A stretch of 59,813 bases of DNA, filler included, from Asterionella formosa (GCA_002256025.1; 6 parts of 6 records of this genome joined end to end with filler, not necessarily neighbours in it), one strand, 5' to 3'; counted from the whole stretch's first letter, positions 1 to 12,716 are shown. Notes: generated by a model not told the origin, from the sequence alone. Program-made: numbers and translations.

Positions 1-749
1 CTAAAACAGGATGAAATTGATCGAAATTTAGAACCATATTTAAGAGTGGTTTTATGTTTCTATATTTTGAGTGGCTACAGAATGTTCTACAACAATGCTC
101 TCATCTCAATGATTGGTACTTCAGCTTTCACTTCCACCTTCCCCCTAATCCAATTCTGAAGGTTGTTGTAGTAGTGCTGGTTGCCTTGCCATTGTTCCCC
201 GCTTACTTTGTTCCATTTACTCCTGACGGATCTGAGTTTGCATTCACGCATTTCCCATTACTATTGAATCCGTTTCGTTGTTCCAATCAGCCATACTAAC
301 AAAGAGAAGCAGTTCATTGTTAGCTGTTCATGTTTTGCTTACACAACAACATGCATATCGCTTCTATCTTCACTTACCACAAATTGAGGAAGTAAGCAAC
401 TGATCCATATTTCTGTAAAATAATGTGTCAGTTGAAGATTGAATGAGAAAGTGTCGATCAATAAATGGGCTCCAACGCTACTGTTTGTAGCTTAAAATAC
501 TGTTTGTCTACCATTATCCTGAAAGAAGCAACACATATGTGTCAGTTTTTCAAACAGTTGTGGATTGATCCAAAGATGGCTGATAGGCAGCACTTACCGA
601 TTTCTTTTGTCCACATTGATGGTTGGCCAGCCACCAAATCGAAAAGGAGCTATTGAATCACTGAAATGGGACGATTCCGTATTTTCAATCCCAGCAATTG
701 ATCATCCTGGCATTTGCTCTTGACAAACCGTGATGCTATGCACAGCTTG

Positions 750-1057
750 TTGATTCCGCCCTTCTCCATCATATTCACTCATTCTTATCCGCATGGTGTA
801 TCATGCTGGTGTTGTATTGTCACTTCAGTTTTTCGCATCATGTGTTGCTTGAGATCCTTCATTTCAGGAATTGGATGCATGACAAGGAACGTGGAAGGCA
901 TTTGCTCTTCACTTACCATCAATTGATTCCACCCTTCTCTTCTAAGCCGCAAGTATTATTGTGCTGTATTATCACTTTCGTTTTCTGCGTCATCATGTGT
1001 GATGATCCTTCATTTCAGGAGCAAAGTGTATGCATGACAAGGAACATGAAAACATGA
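750..1057. repeat. Degenerate tandem duplication, about 170 bp unit, about 1.8 copies
   Basis: ttgattcc(g/a)cccttctc ... tgtatt(g/a)tcactt ... gatccttcatttcagga ... atgcatgacaaggaac occurs from about 750 and again from about 922. Confidence 0.75.
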
Positions 1058-3989
1058 TTATATTTCAAATGTTTCAGCCATGAATACATCTATAAAAAGA
1101 TTTGTAAGAAGTTTAAATGTATATATAGTTGAACATTTGCATAGTTTTAAACACGCTCATTATACAGCACATCCTGTCATGTATGCTAATATCAATTTTG
1201 ATTATACATAATTTAAATATGTACAATGCATGATGAGTTCATAGTTTTCCATGACCTGTTGAGTTTTTTCAATTTTTTTCGTGACAATTCTTGTACCTAC
1301 AAGTAAGTGGCTGATATAATTAAGCCCCTTAATAAACAGGAGTCATCACCAATTTTTCAAATGGTCGAAATCATGCATTTATGTATATAGACATATTGAC
1401 CAAAATTCATATGGCCTAACGGTAGTACTGTATACTTGCTGGGAATTACTTCTATCATGGAAATACCACAATAGTGCAGCGGAAAACTGAAAATGCTCAT
1501 GTGTTTAGGATCATTTGATCATATTTCTAAGATCAATTAATCCTGATTCTTGAAAAAAAGTTTGATCTTTCATTTTCTCATCAACGACACTGTTTATCAT
1601 ATGATCAAGCAAAGGTAGTATAGGATAAACGAATCAAAATTTATTGATTAAAGATCGTAGTTTTTACTGGAGTAGTTGCTCATGCACGCAACCCCTTCCC
1701 CCCTGCATACAGTACGGAAGTGATAAGAACCCCCAAGCTACCAAATTTTTATGTCTTGTAAGAATTATCGCAGCATGCATGCATGCCACATGACTCCTAG
1801 TACTGGTGGTATGTACAATGCGGAAATGATGACCAACAGACTACCAATCCTATAGGTCCTATTGAATTATCCCAACATGGCTGCATATCTAATGAAAGGG
1901 CGGGAGGAGTCATCCATGCTGCACCTGTAAAGAATGAAATATGGAAATGATCAAATTTATCTATTCTACACAAGGAGCAGTGCACCATATATGCCCAGTT
2001 ATTTTAATTCCTATGAAATCTCTTGATCTGTTCTGCGCTTTTTCGCCACAATTGATTTCATTGGCTGTTTCACTGGACAGCATTCGAATTGATTGTGCTT
2101 CGAACGAAGCAATGATCAAAGTCCACCCCATTGCAGAATGGTGAGTCTCACAACTAAGTATCAGCCAGTTGATTAAAATTGGACTGTCTTTTGTGCACCC
2201 TCATTGTGTTTGTACTTGACTTGGCAACTGTCAGCCAAGAGCAGCCATGGTATGCCACCATTTATTGTCTATAAGAGTTTCGAATGTTTTCAGCTATGAT
2301 AACTTTTGCTCCTAGACACTATCTCACCACCCTTCTCATTTATTTTTCTTTATCCTTTCGCTTCACAGGCCCAGGTCACTCAATGCCTTCATCTGCAAGG
2401 AGTTCAGCCAAGCAGGTCCACGTTGGCGTCAAGAAAACCTCAACCCCGATTTTCCTCACATGCTCCACCCATTGACTTCTTCATTGATGAAGTCGAGGTA
2501 GATATATTAATAGTAGGTGGCGCAGGCTTGTGTATACTAGATTGATGATGCCAAAAGCATTGCTTCCTTTTCCGGTAGGAACCTATTTGTCAACATTGTT
2601 TGGGTCAATTCATTCTTGTTCCCGCAAGACCAGAAGCGATTATCCCTGAACTCCCACCCCCACGAACCTTCATTTCTCTTTCCCAATTGTCCCGATGTTT
2701 GCAGAGCAATTTTAGTTCCCTTTTGAATTTTTCACTGGTTTTGATCCCTTTTGCATTCAAGTCAAGAAACAAGCAACTCATTGAGATTTCTAGAGGTTTT
2801 GGTCAGTGACACCATACAGCAAGCAACAATCAACAGATCATGGCGGCTGTTCTCCATTTTCTGTAGCAAGTGACAAAGTGACATTAAAGAAGGGTCTGGG
2901 TTCATTGGGGAGAAAACTTAGTAGGATTCTCTGTGTTTGTCCCGCCTGTTTGGCAGCCATTCTACCATTGCTTCCTCTCAATCAATACTAGTATAGCTAA
3001 TGAAAACCGTAATTAGATGACATGTGACTTCCGGTTTCCAATTTCTTACATTTTTGCACTAGTACTGAAACTTGAATCCATAAATGTGCATTCAACTTGT
3101 GCTTCTTGCATTTTTGCAGTATAGACTGGCTGGTGTTCGATAGGCCAAAGTGTCTCGCTTTTCATGAACATCTACAAAGTACTAGTGCTTTTGTCGAGGT
3201 TTGTGTCTAAATCCAACTGCTGCCATCCATTGAAATATTCCAGATACATCCAAGAATACGCTCCTGTCTTCAAAGGTAAGGAACTAGTGCGATTACAAAG
3301 GAAATCTAATGAGACATGAAAATTCCGAAACCAGAATCACTGTTACTATAAATAGACGGCACAGTCTCATGCTTCTTTGTGCATATCGCCTCCTATGCTG
3401 CGTTTCAATTCTAGATGTATTACGTTCTTGTTAGAGAGACGATGTCACTACAGAGAAGTAGATTGTGCTGTTCTTTAATGGATGCTGTTTAGCTATGATT
3501 GAGGTTGTGACACTGATTAATGCTCTGGTGACAGACCGACCGGAAATATTTGTCTTGTGTGATGAGCCATTTCGTTTTTATTGGATTTCTTTTCAAGCTC
3601 TTAACAGATTGCATACAAACATATTGTGCAATGTAGATGATGATTCATCGAAGACATATGAGGATGACTTGAACGACAAATGAAGATTTTATCACAAACT
3701 CGTTCCTCTCGACATGGCTGCTTTGTTGTTGTTGCAAGAATCAGAGTGAGGTTTGGAGAGGATGATGAGCCAAACCACATTACTTTAACTGGTACATGAT
3801 CCTACCAAGAAATTTAAATAAAGGAACCTAAAAGAAACAATACATATAAAAATGAAATTTCCATAGTCAAAAGGGTCACTTTTTTAATTACGAGGGCATT
3901 TATCAAAATTATTAGATGATGTAACGAAAAATTATGATCAGATGATCATAATCCTATGATGCATCATAGGAATATGATGGTTTTTATTT

Positions 3990-4655
3990 GCAGACGAAAA
4001 GAAGGAGTGGCAACAATTGCTTTGGAAGCTGCGGTTGATTGTAGACTTTGGTTCTGGCATGCATGGTTTGGAATGCCCGGGGCAAACAATGATCTTATAA
4101 TTTTGGATCGTTCACCGTTTTTCCATGATTTGTCAGCTGGAAGGACTCCAAAAGTACAGTTTGCCATCAACAACCAACAACGCAATCTGGGGTATTATTT
4201 GGTTGACGGAATCTACCCAAATTGGCATATATTTGTCAAGACAATTTCAGAGCCACAAGGTCCAAAATGGAGTTATTTCTCGATGCTTCAGGAGGCATAG
4301 CGCAAAGATGTCGAGCGAGCATTTGTAGTTCTACAGGCCAGGTGGAGGATCCTTGCACTTCCATGTTAACTTCGGTCAGTGGGTGTTATGAACAGTGTAA
4401 TTATTTCATGCACCTTTTCTCTCAACATGATCATAGGAGAGGATGAGTGGGAAACTGAAAATAAAAATGAATATTTATTTGACAATATTCAGGATGGATT
4501 TTTGGTTGACAACGTGAATCATGACAATGTATACACATTTTTTGATTTCAAGAATATTAGAATGAACTACATGAGTGAAGGTGAGCACTTTCAATTGCGT
4601 AACAATTTTGATTGAGCACTTGTGGATTCAAAACGAGAACAAATGGTAGATAATA
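3990..4655 (+). pseudogene. Harbinger (Plant_tran/DDE_Tnp_4-type) transposase, C-terminal half, disrupted
   Basis: TIALEAAVDCRLWFWHAWFGMPGANNDLIILDRSP, GYYLVDGIYPNW and QEA*RKDVERAFVVLQARWRIL motifs; in-frame stops at 4298 and 4367. Confidence 0.9.
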
Positions 4656-4761
4656 ACTTGATTCTAGATTTATATTTTTAAGTCTGTAAAATACAAGTTC
4701 TAGATTGGCAATAATGAAAGGATTAGTGAAATGTCACAATAATCAAACTAGTTTAATACTC

Positions 4762-5570
4762 TTATGGTCCAGTCTCTAGAATCGAAACCTCATCATCAGT
4801 AGATGATGAACAAGAAGTTGTAATATCAATTTCAAGTGAACTGCCTGACTCTAACAAATGGTGGTTTTGAACTTTCCTCTATCTCCTCCATAGCTTCTTA
4901 AGCCTTCCTATCAAACCACCTTTTAGATTCCTCTGAATAATTATTAAGAGAGAAACTCTTAAACAAAAATTCATCACGTTGCGTCTTCACTTTTCTTTCC
5001 AACATCTGCACGTGTTTTTGTTCAATGACAAGCTGAGCATTTGCGAGCAGCTTACTAGTATCTTTTGCTGCTTTTGTCCCCATGGGACGCAAATCTAGTA
5101 AATCAGGACTCTTCTTTGTGATTTGCTGCTGATCTTGGACATATCCAAACCCACCCTTCCACTTTGGGGCATCCTTCAAAATTCGCCAACACCCTTCGAA
5201 CAGGAATTCTCTACCCAGTTTCCTTCTTTTTCCCTCTAATTTAAATATCTCCCTGGCTTCTTCAAGCAAGGTAGTTGTCGTCTGTCCATCCTGACTTAGC
5301 AATGGACGTAACCTGTGAATAGAGGCCGCAAAACTTTGTCACATCTTGATTGATTGTTCCCCATCGAGCAGTGCACGCTGTTGAGGTGCGATCCTTCCCA
5401 TCTGGGATAAGCTCAACATAAATCTTGAATACCCTGCTCCAAAACTTGCTTGCTTTCTGACCAGTCCCAGTGATTGCATCTTCACTTGCAGATACCCAGG
5501 CCCGAGAGAGTGCTTTGTTCTCTTCCTTCTCCCACATGACACCCGAGGAACCCAGAGGCCATCCTGACAA
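4762..5570 (-). pseudogene. Harbinger ORF2, Myb/SANT-like (NAM-associated type) DNA-binding protein, frameshifted
   Basis: WEKEENKALSRAWVSASEDAITGTGQKASKFWSRV...RWGTINQDVTKFCG...SGWTDDNYL; frameshift near 5268 into EAREIFK...FLFEGCWRILKDAPKW...RPMGTKAAK. Confidence 0.85.
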
Positions 5571-7321
5571 TGATGATTGTTGTTTTATGATGTTGACTCA
5601 ATATATTGTATACACCACACCAAGATCACATTGGCCTATAGAGTTCTACATGAAGAGACTATAGTGAATGTACTGTAATTATGTAAGCACTCATTAAACT
5701 ATAAACGTTAGGTTGCCGGCGCGAGCCACAATCTAAACCAATAGAAATGCTCCTTTTATTTGGCTACAGTCGGAGTCTAATCGACCAAATACCTGATATT
5801 TGGTCGATAAGGGGGTCATCCTCGACCAAGACCAAAGCATATTTGGTCTTGATCGATGCATTGGCTAAACTATTTTTGCTTTTTCGACCAACACAACGCA
5901 TCATGACGTGTAATGACCCGCAACTTCAATCGGCTTGGTATTTGGTCGATGCGGTGGCGATGATATTATAAAGATACATTTTACAAATATATCTGAATAA
6001 TGGCAAATCAATTAGCCTTTTATGTCTCCTCAACCATGCAGACTCAGCAAAATTATAGTGATGTGGTGCATTTAATCACTCCTGCAGAGTTTTATTTTTA
6101 CAAAATTTAATGATGATCATTACTCTGACAATGAATTATATCTGTTTTGCATTCACCACATCTCTCCTCTCCTTTGGATTTATGGATGGCTGACAATCAT
6201 TAATTGCTTCTCCTTCAAAGATTTACAACATTAGTAACTACTACTAGTACTAGTTTAATAACAGTACTCGATGTCATCCAATGACAATGATACATGAAGT
6301 GCCTATTCATGATGGATGGACGTGGTTGTCGCAAAAGAATTCCATGTATCTACTATGGATATTTCTCCAGCCTAATAAGGAGGATTTTTTGTTGCTATAT
6401 CAATGAACCAGCTCACATGGGACATGCTGACAAATCTGTTTGGCCGCGATGACGGCCTCATCATTTGACCTAATTTTGTATCTGGCGCTGATAATAATGA
6501 ACAAAAAAGCAGATTCAGCTGATCATGGATTCCATGGAAATGTTTTGAAATGAGAAATTTGTGTGATGCATTTATACAAGAGTCCATCCTCCATCTTGTT
6601 GGAGGGGGTATGTCATCTACTGTAAATAAGGTAAGGGCCAAAAGTACATCAGAGCGTCTAGATTCTCTCTCATGATGTGTCGAAATTTAGAGATATAGCT
6701 AACAATCTACTTGTCTAGAAGCTGAGTTGCTGTAGAGAAGGTGGAGGAGGAGGATGGTTCAAATGGGTCGCACCTTTTAAAATCAAACAATGGCGGTCTG
6801 TGGTGGAATCAAGGCTTTGGTCACTTTTCCCGCAGTGGTGAGGGAGGCAGAGGACTAGCAAGAAACTACTGCCTTAGAGGTTCACGATGAGGAGTAGGAC
6901 AATGAAGCGGCTGTCAAGGCTGCATTAAGCCGGAACCGAGGGTTTACCAAAAAGGAAAGAAGGCTGGAAATGCCAATGAAGTTCATCTTAACTAAAGGCG
7001 CAAATTCTTATTGGATACCGTTCGCAATCACGCATAGACAAGAATGGGCAACCTGAAGTATTATACTTTCCTTTACCAATTGACGATGCTGGTGAGCAGG
7101 ATTCTTCTCAATCCATGGGACTTCGGACACCTCAAACACTTGAATGTAGCTTTATAGTGCGTAGTTACAAACTTTCAATTGCATGACATATATTTATACT
7201 TAATTTACAGCCTAAGTTTTCTCTCCTCTAGCAAAGACAGCACCACTATTTAGCATTTGAATTACCTTTCGTTGCTCATCATTGGCCAATTTTGATTATC
7301 ATTTAGAGACTAGGCTCCAAA

Positions 7322-7770
7322 ACTGTATTTCTCTGCGTCCGGCGGCATGTGCTTTCGTCGTGATGTTTTCAGTGCTTCTTTATCTTTTGCTTACTCAATG
7401 ATAGTGTGTTTTATAGCCCATTCGTACTCCCCTATTTCTAGGCAATTATTGCCTTCATTGTGCTACCTGCCGACAAGAAGACCTGTGCTTCCCTAGTTTT
7501 GTTAGCGTAGGTGAGTCCCCAACTACCTTTTGCGCAAGGTGATGGTCTTAGCCGCAGCGTTAGGGGAAACTCCGACCGCCTAGGAATGCAGCACAAGCTA
7601 CTTGTAGGGGGGCAATCCACTACTTCTTGCACACCAGGCAAGGCCGTGCGGGACGGTAAGGAGTGGTGTGGGAGTCAAACCCAACATTTGCTTCTCAAAA
7701 AAATTGCGGGAATCGAACCTCACAACCTCAGATCAAAGGCAACATGCTAAAACACCATTCAGCCATTCCT
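7322..7770 (-). mobile_element. Candidate tRNA-derived SINE-like interspersed repeat
   Basis: tRNA-like head at 7770-7704 on the minus strand, GC-rich body, and distal end 7322-7400 shared with 26999-27072 on another scaffold. Confidence 0.4.
7697..7770 (-). pseudogene. tRNA-like sequence (pseudo-tRNA)
   Basis: Minus strand: TGGCTGAATGG (A-box-like) ... GGTTCGATTCC (B box) followed by T7; acceptor and anticodon stems do not pair properly. Confidence 0.6.
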
Positions 7771-8014
7771 TTATATATTATTAGCTAATCATACAGAACT
7801 TTAAAAATGTATATTGAGAGCGCATCCTGGAAGGAGTGGCACGCTTCCGTGGAGGCTTGGCTTGTGCTTGTGATGCTTGCAAAATTGAATAAGCATTTGG
7901 TGCTAAAGTGAAAAAATAAGCTTTTGGTGCTAATTTGAAAGTAAATAAAATGCGATGCTTATGGGAGTGAAAATCCCATGTTTCTCTGGTTCTGATACAC
8001 ATTCTTCATCACAT

Positions 8015-8110
8015 ACTTTAAAGCATGATTGAATTGTTTCAGTTGTAACACTTCCCCAGGATGTAGGAGCCATAAACTTAATTGCATCAAATAAACTGCA
8101 ATTTCTTAGC
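8015..8110 (-). pseudogene. pogo/Tigger-type (DDE_1) transposase C-terminal fragment
   Basis: LFDAIKFMAPTSWGSVTTETIQSCFK resembles the DDE_1 end motif (DA...AW..V...TI.NCF). Confidence 0.5.
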
Positions 8111-9914
8111 CAGATCTGCTGCATCATGCAGCAGAGCCGAGCTGGCTAAGAAACTTATCAAATCAATCGAAGATTCTTTTGAATTCACTCAAAGATCAGA
8201 TGAATTTGAACAGATTCATAATACTCCAGAAAAAACAATGAAGTATGCCGATTCAATAGTGGCAGAGATTAAAAAGAAGGAACGATTGCTTTCGAAGAGC
8301 AGAGGAAACCCAAACAGTTGTTCTTCGCGGATGAAGAGTCTATTCCTACAGAATCACAGACCCATCCAGTGTCGTATTTTGCTCGTTCTCCAGACATCAC
8401 TGATAATGATGAAGAACTCAGTGATTTTCATTCATTTGATGAATGAAAATACCGGATATGTGGGAGACATCACTTATGAAGTAGGAATAGTTGAAAAGTT
8501 GCACAACCAAGAAATATGTCTCACTATTCGTCCAGAACATCAAGATGAACATCATGAAGCAAAGCTGAGAAATGATTGCATTTCTAAAAGAAAAGATATT
8601 CAAGAAAAAGTCCGAGCTAGACCAAGACCTCGAATTCAAGAAGGTCAATGCAGACAGAGATGTGATGCTGGCTAAGGCAATTTTGCTACAAAATTTCGAT
8701 TGTGAGACTCAGATGGGTATTTGTTTTTCCGAAATTTGTAGTTATACAGATAATACAATTGAAATGTCCACAAGCAAGAAATTGCAAATTCAAAACGGTG
8801 AAAAATTCAGGATATGAACAGGATAGAATGAAAATGAAATATTAATAGTAAATTTGGCATCACTCCGAACAAGCTGTGCTGGACATAACAGAGTCAGGAA
8901 ATCATCACTCCACCATAGTAAAAATGGAGGAATACATACAAGCGGCACTACTTGTATAGAGCAGCGTCAATGTTTTTTGTTATAAGAATTCAGATCTTCT
9001 TAACATTTATGGTATGGTTTGAATTGTGCAAGTCTCACTAACTATTTTTCTTATGTAACTAAGTATGCATTGGATTCTATCAGATCCTTTCAAAATCAAC
9101 GTCGTCATCAATGTCCCATTGATTAATGCGGTCACTGTAATCAATATTCTTCTCAGGAACATTTGGTTCAAGTAGTTAAAAATTTGGATGCATGTCCTCT
9201 TCACTTATGCTGTTGGGAAATGAAACGTATGAGTTTGGGTAGATGATATCATTTGTGGTGAAAGTGGCAATTCCACTATGATTCCTTTCATATTCAGATC
9301 GATTCTTTTGTGAAAGTACTGTGTTTATTCGCTTATGATAAGCGGGAAAATCATCATTCCATTGATCAGTGAGACCAATTGACACTGAAATTTTTTCCCT
9401 CACACTTTTTTGATCAGTGGTTTCCCACCAATATCGACAAAATGAGTACAATGACAAATATCGTTCTCTGACATTTCGTGGGTATCAGGATTGAAACCCA
9501 AATATTTTGGTTGTAATAGGAATTTTCCTTTCAGCACCAAGAAGCAAAAGACTTCTGTACTGGTATTGATTAGCAAAACCAATAAAACACGATTGCAATT
9601 CGCACTGCGCCCAAACACTGAGTTAAAATTTGGTCACACCAAATTTGTCTCTTATTAGAAATGGTTTCCCACGGCTGGTCCTGACTATAAATTGCACTAA
9701 AGCAAGAATATCTCTCCAGACTTGGTACAAGTAATACTTGGACCAGATAGGGCGGGATGTTTGATTCTCTTGGGGAAAAGAAAAAAGAACATTTGATTGA
9801 TATTCTGTTTTACAGTGCCTGCAATTCACAAACTATAACATCAAAGATACATGATGTTCATGGCGAAAATTCTTGGTCTTGAAAATAAAACTCACAACAT
9901 TCGTGACAATTGAT

Positions 9915-10014
9915 NNNNNNNNNNNNNNNNNNNNNNNNNNNNNNNNNNNNNNNNNNNNTTAATTAATTAANNNNNNNNNNNNNNNNNNNNNNNNNNNNNN
10001 NNNNNNNNNNNNNN
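9915..10014. other. Artificial scaffold linker N44-TTAATTAATTAA-N44
   Basis: Identical 100-nt construct occurs five times in the window; the 12-mer gives stop codons in all six frames. Confidence 0.97.
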
Positions 10015-10700
10015 TAGAATATTAGCTAATGTGTTCTGGGAATTAAAACGAGTGAACGATAGGACAATGTTGATAGGAAGGATGATGGTTGATTTGCGAA
10101 TGGCAAGAAAGAACCAATCTACAAAAATCAGAATGTTTATCATTTTCTTGTACAAGTTTTTATGTACACACCCGTAACGAGTGCGGAAGTCATAACCTGT
10201 ATGATACCGGTAATGATTTACGGTACATTTACACGTTTAGAGCGACCATCTGCAACTGTGGCACAATTGGCAACATAACAGACAGACCTCGTGTAAAATT
10301 TTTATCTTCATTTCTCAAATAATGTTCCAGTTGTACCTCTACCGGTAGCACGAGCTCATGCGTATTAATTAGCTACAATGCATTCATAAATTTTAATGCT
10401 AGCACCATGATGTCGTCAGTGACTCCAAGTACCGTACTCCTGTGCTATGCACTACATAAGGGTAGGATTGGGTTGGACCTCGCCAGACCTATCATTTGCG
10501 ACAATCAGACATACCGGTACCGGTACATACTTAAAAACCTGTGTTTCGACGAGGTATCTTGATATCTTGTACTCAATGACCTCGACATAATTAGACATAA
10601 TTGAATATCGGTACCGGTAGCAGTTCTGTATTATCTCTTCACTCAAAAATGATAATTAACACAAAATACAAAACAAATCGAGGTTTACTTCAACAAAACC

Positions 10701-12716
10701 ATGGCGAAAAGTCGGCGCGACGGTGCAGCGTCGTCCGCATTGGGTACCCATAACTTGCAGATTGGTAGCAAGCCTCTCCTCCTCCTCCTTATGGTGGTCA
10801 TTGCATGTTTTGAAGTACATGAATTATTCTTTGACTTGAAAGCGGGTAGCGGCGAGTTCCGCAATGGATACGCCACGCAGGAACAACTAGAGCAGGCACT
10901 ACTTCAACCCAGAGAAGCGGAAAATGCAAGCAAAGCCAAAAATACCCTTCTCGAGGATGATTTACCTAGACAGAACTGGAAAGTATCCACAGATTGCTCT
11001 ATATTCGCCTTGGATTGTCAGATACGACAGCAATATGCCCCATATCCCTTTGACTTTTGGAACAATAATACGTCCCCTGAGGCAGATTCAAAAGAACTCA
11101 AGAAAATACTACAAGCCAAAAAAGGAACTAATACTATTTCAAAAGAACTACAGGATCAATTACCACAGCCTGTCTCGCAAGAAGATGAAGAAATGTGTCT
11201 GAAGTACGCAAGAGATACCCCTTTCAACCGTCAACTCGATGAAATGCTCAAGAAACTTTCTCGGGTAGTCAATGATACCCTTTTGGCATATACGATTTCA
11301 GATATTGGATATGCCAAGAATATGATTCACGATGTTTTTGCCATGGCCGGCGATGTTGTAGGTTTTCCAAATAGTTTCTTTATGGTTGCGATTGACGAAG
11401 CTACATTGGAATTAGGATGTCGGTATGGCTACCCGATCATGCCATCTCCCCGTTCCGGAGGCCTAGAAGACAGAGTGAAATTCACCAAATTTCAGGTGTC
11501 GTTGGATTTGTTGAGACGCGGACAGAACTTTTTGTTTTTCGAAATGGATGTGTGGTTTTTTCGATCGATGCTTCCGTTCCTTCAACGTCAATTTGGCGAT
11601 TTTCTCGTTAGTTCGCATCAAAAAAATCCAGCCGCGATGAACATTGGTGTGTATGCCGTCATTGCCGATGATGCTACTCGTGAATATTTTCAGCATTGCC
11701 TCGACGTTGCTGCCAAGATTGAAATACATGATCAAACACTAATGCAAGATCTCAAAATAGTTAGTGGACACCAGAAAGAAGGGAAAATCGCACCCCCCAA
11801 ATATCCAAATGTTACTTTTCAGCACTTCAGTGATATTAATATTTTGGGCTCTGATGTGATTGCAGCTTCTGAATGGCCAAGGTTTACCATTGACACCATT
11901 GCAATCCACCCCCTCTCCACAGTACCACTAACTGGCCCCCATGGTAAGGTGCAAATTGCGAAGGAACTTGGTGTGTACTATGGATCACATGGATACTATT
12001 CGTCAGAAGGACGTTACATTTGGTTGGATCGATTTGATAATTCTTATTTCATGGAGCTGAGTTCACTGGAACACCATGGGCAGGATTTAAATTATGAAAA
12101 TATGAAGTGGACAATTGCTACCCTGATCGCCATTGCAAAGCGAACCAATCGCATTTGGGTGGTCCCTAAAATCCAAGCAGATATTGGTAGACAATTTCTT
12201 TGGCAAATTTTGGACTTAAAGAGCGTCGAGGAATTGGGAGTAGAGGTTCGTGAAACAAGCTTTTTAAATAACCCAAAGCTATCAGAATTTCTGTCCGTTA
12301 GCCGCACTGCTGTTGGTGAAGGAAGGATATTTTGGCAAACAGATGACAAGGATCCAAAAGTTTGGAAAACCAATGAAAATGATTCAATTGATACATGGTT
12401 CTCATTGCTTGATCGAATTGAATCAAATGCATTGTTGGTAAATCCACATGTTGTTGACTCAGATTGGCTTTATCGGTTCCCAAAAGAGAAATCAAATGAT
12501 AATTTGGACCTGACACCTACAGAAATAGAGATTTATGAGGTTTATAGCAATCTCAAATGGTGCACCATTGCTTGCCATGAGAAGGAGGATAATTGCCATG
12601 AAAATTGGTCATTGGAGTTTTGGAATCAACAGAGTCTCAGTGGAGCAAGGGCTGTGCACGACTGTTATGGCAAGGGTATCTTGATTGGAACAATGATTTC
12701 TGAAGAGTCCTTATGA
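10701..12716 (+). CDS. Nucleotide-diphospho-sugar transferase (Nucleotid_trans/GT77, XEG113-like), type II membrane protein
   Basis: 671 aa ORF; N-terminal TM (LLLLLMVVIACF); FMVAIDE, FLFFEMDVWFF (DxD-like), MNIGVYAV and HDQ motifs; C-terminal LIAIAKRTNRIWVVP domain. Confidence 0.8.
   Translation: MAKSRRDGAASSALGTHNLQIGSKPLLLLLMVVIACFEVHELFFDLKAGSGEFRNGYATQEQLEQALLQPREAENASKAKNTLLEDDLPRQNWKVSTDCSIFALDCQIRQQYAPYPFDFWNNNTSPEADSKELKKILQAKKGTNTISKELQDQLPQPVSQEDEEMCLKYARDTPFNRQLDEMLKKLSRVVNDTLLAYTISDIGYAKNMIHDVFAMAGDVVGFPNSFFMVAIDEATLELGCRYGYPIMPSPRSGGLEDRVKFTKFQVSLDLLRRGQNFLFFEMDVWFFRSMLPFLQRQFGDFLVSSHQKNPAAMNIGVYAVIADDATREYFQHCLDVAAKIEIHDQTLMQDLKIVSGHQKEGKIAPPKYPNVTFQHFSDINILGSDVIAASEWPRFTIDTIAIHPLSTVPLTGPHGKVQIAKELGVYYGSHGYYSSEGRYIWLDRFDNSYFMELSSLEHHGQDLNYENMKWTIATLIAIAKRTNRIWVVPKIQADIGRQFLWQILDLKSVEELGVEVRETSFLNNPKLSEFLSVSRTAVGEGRIFWQTDDKDPKVWKTNENDSIDTWFSLLDRIESNALLVNPHVVDSDWLYRFPKEKSNDNLDLTPTEIEIYEVYSNLKWCTIACHEKEDNCHENWSLEFWNQQSLSGARAVHDCYGKGILIGTMISEESL

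Larger units (their letters stand above)
3990..5965. mobile_element. Decayed PIF/Harbinger DNA transposon (left boundary not found)
   Basis: DDE transposase remnant (+) convergent with a Myb/SANT-like ORF (-), the two-gene layout of PIF/Harbinger; TCGACCAA/TTGGTCGA subterminal repeats at 5780-5950 and a candidate terminus gcggtggcgatg near 5951-5962. Confidence 0.8.

Noticed and set aside
1..3000. Minus-strand coding-like remnants with splice-donor-like sites
   Set aside because: Many stops and no motif I can assign; probably decayed transposon or gene sequence
6300..7150. Short ORFs and coding-like composition
   Set aside because: No recognisable domain and frames are broken
7697..7770. 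Functional tRNA gene
   Set aside because: Acceptor and anticodon stems are not intact; kept only as a pseudo-tRNA
8082..9900. 197 aa ORF and neighbouring short ORFs as genes
   Set aside because: Frame-hopping degenerate sequence in a transposon-rich scaffold with no assignable family
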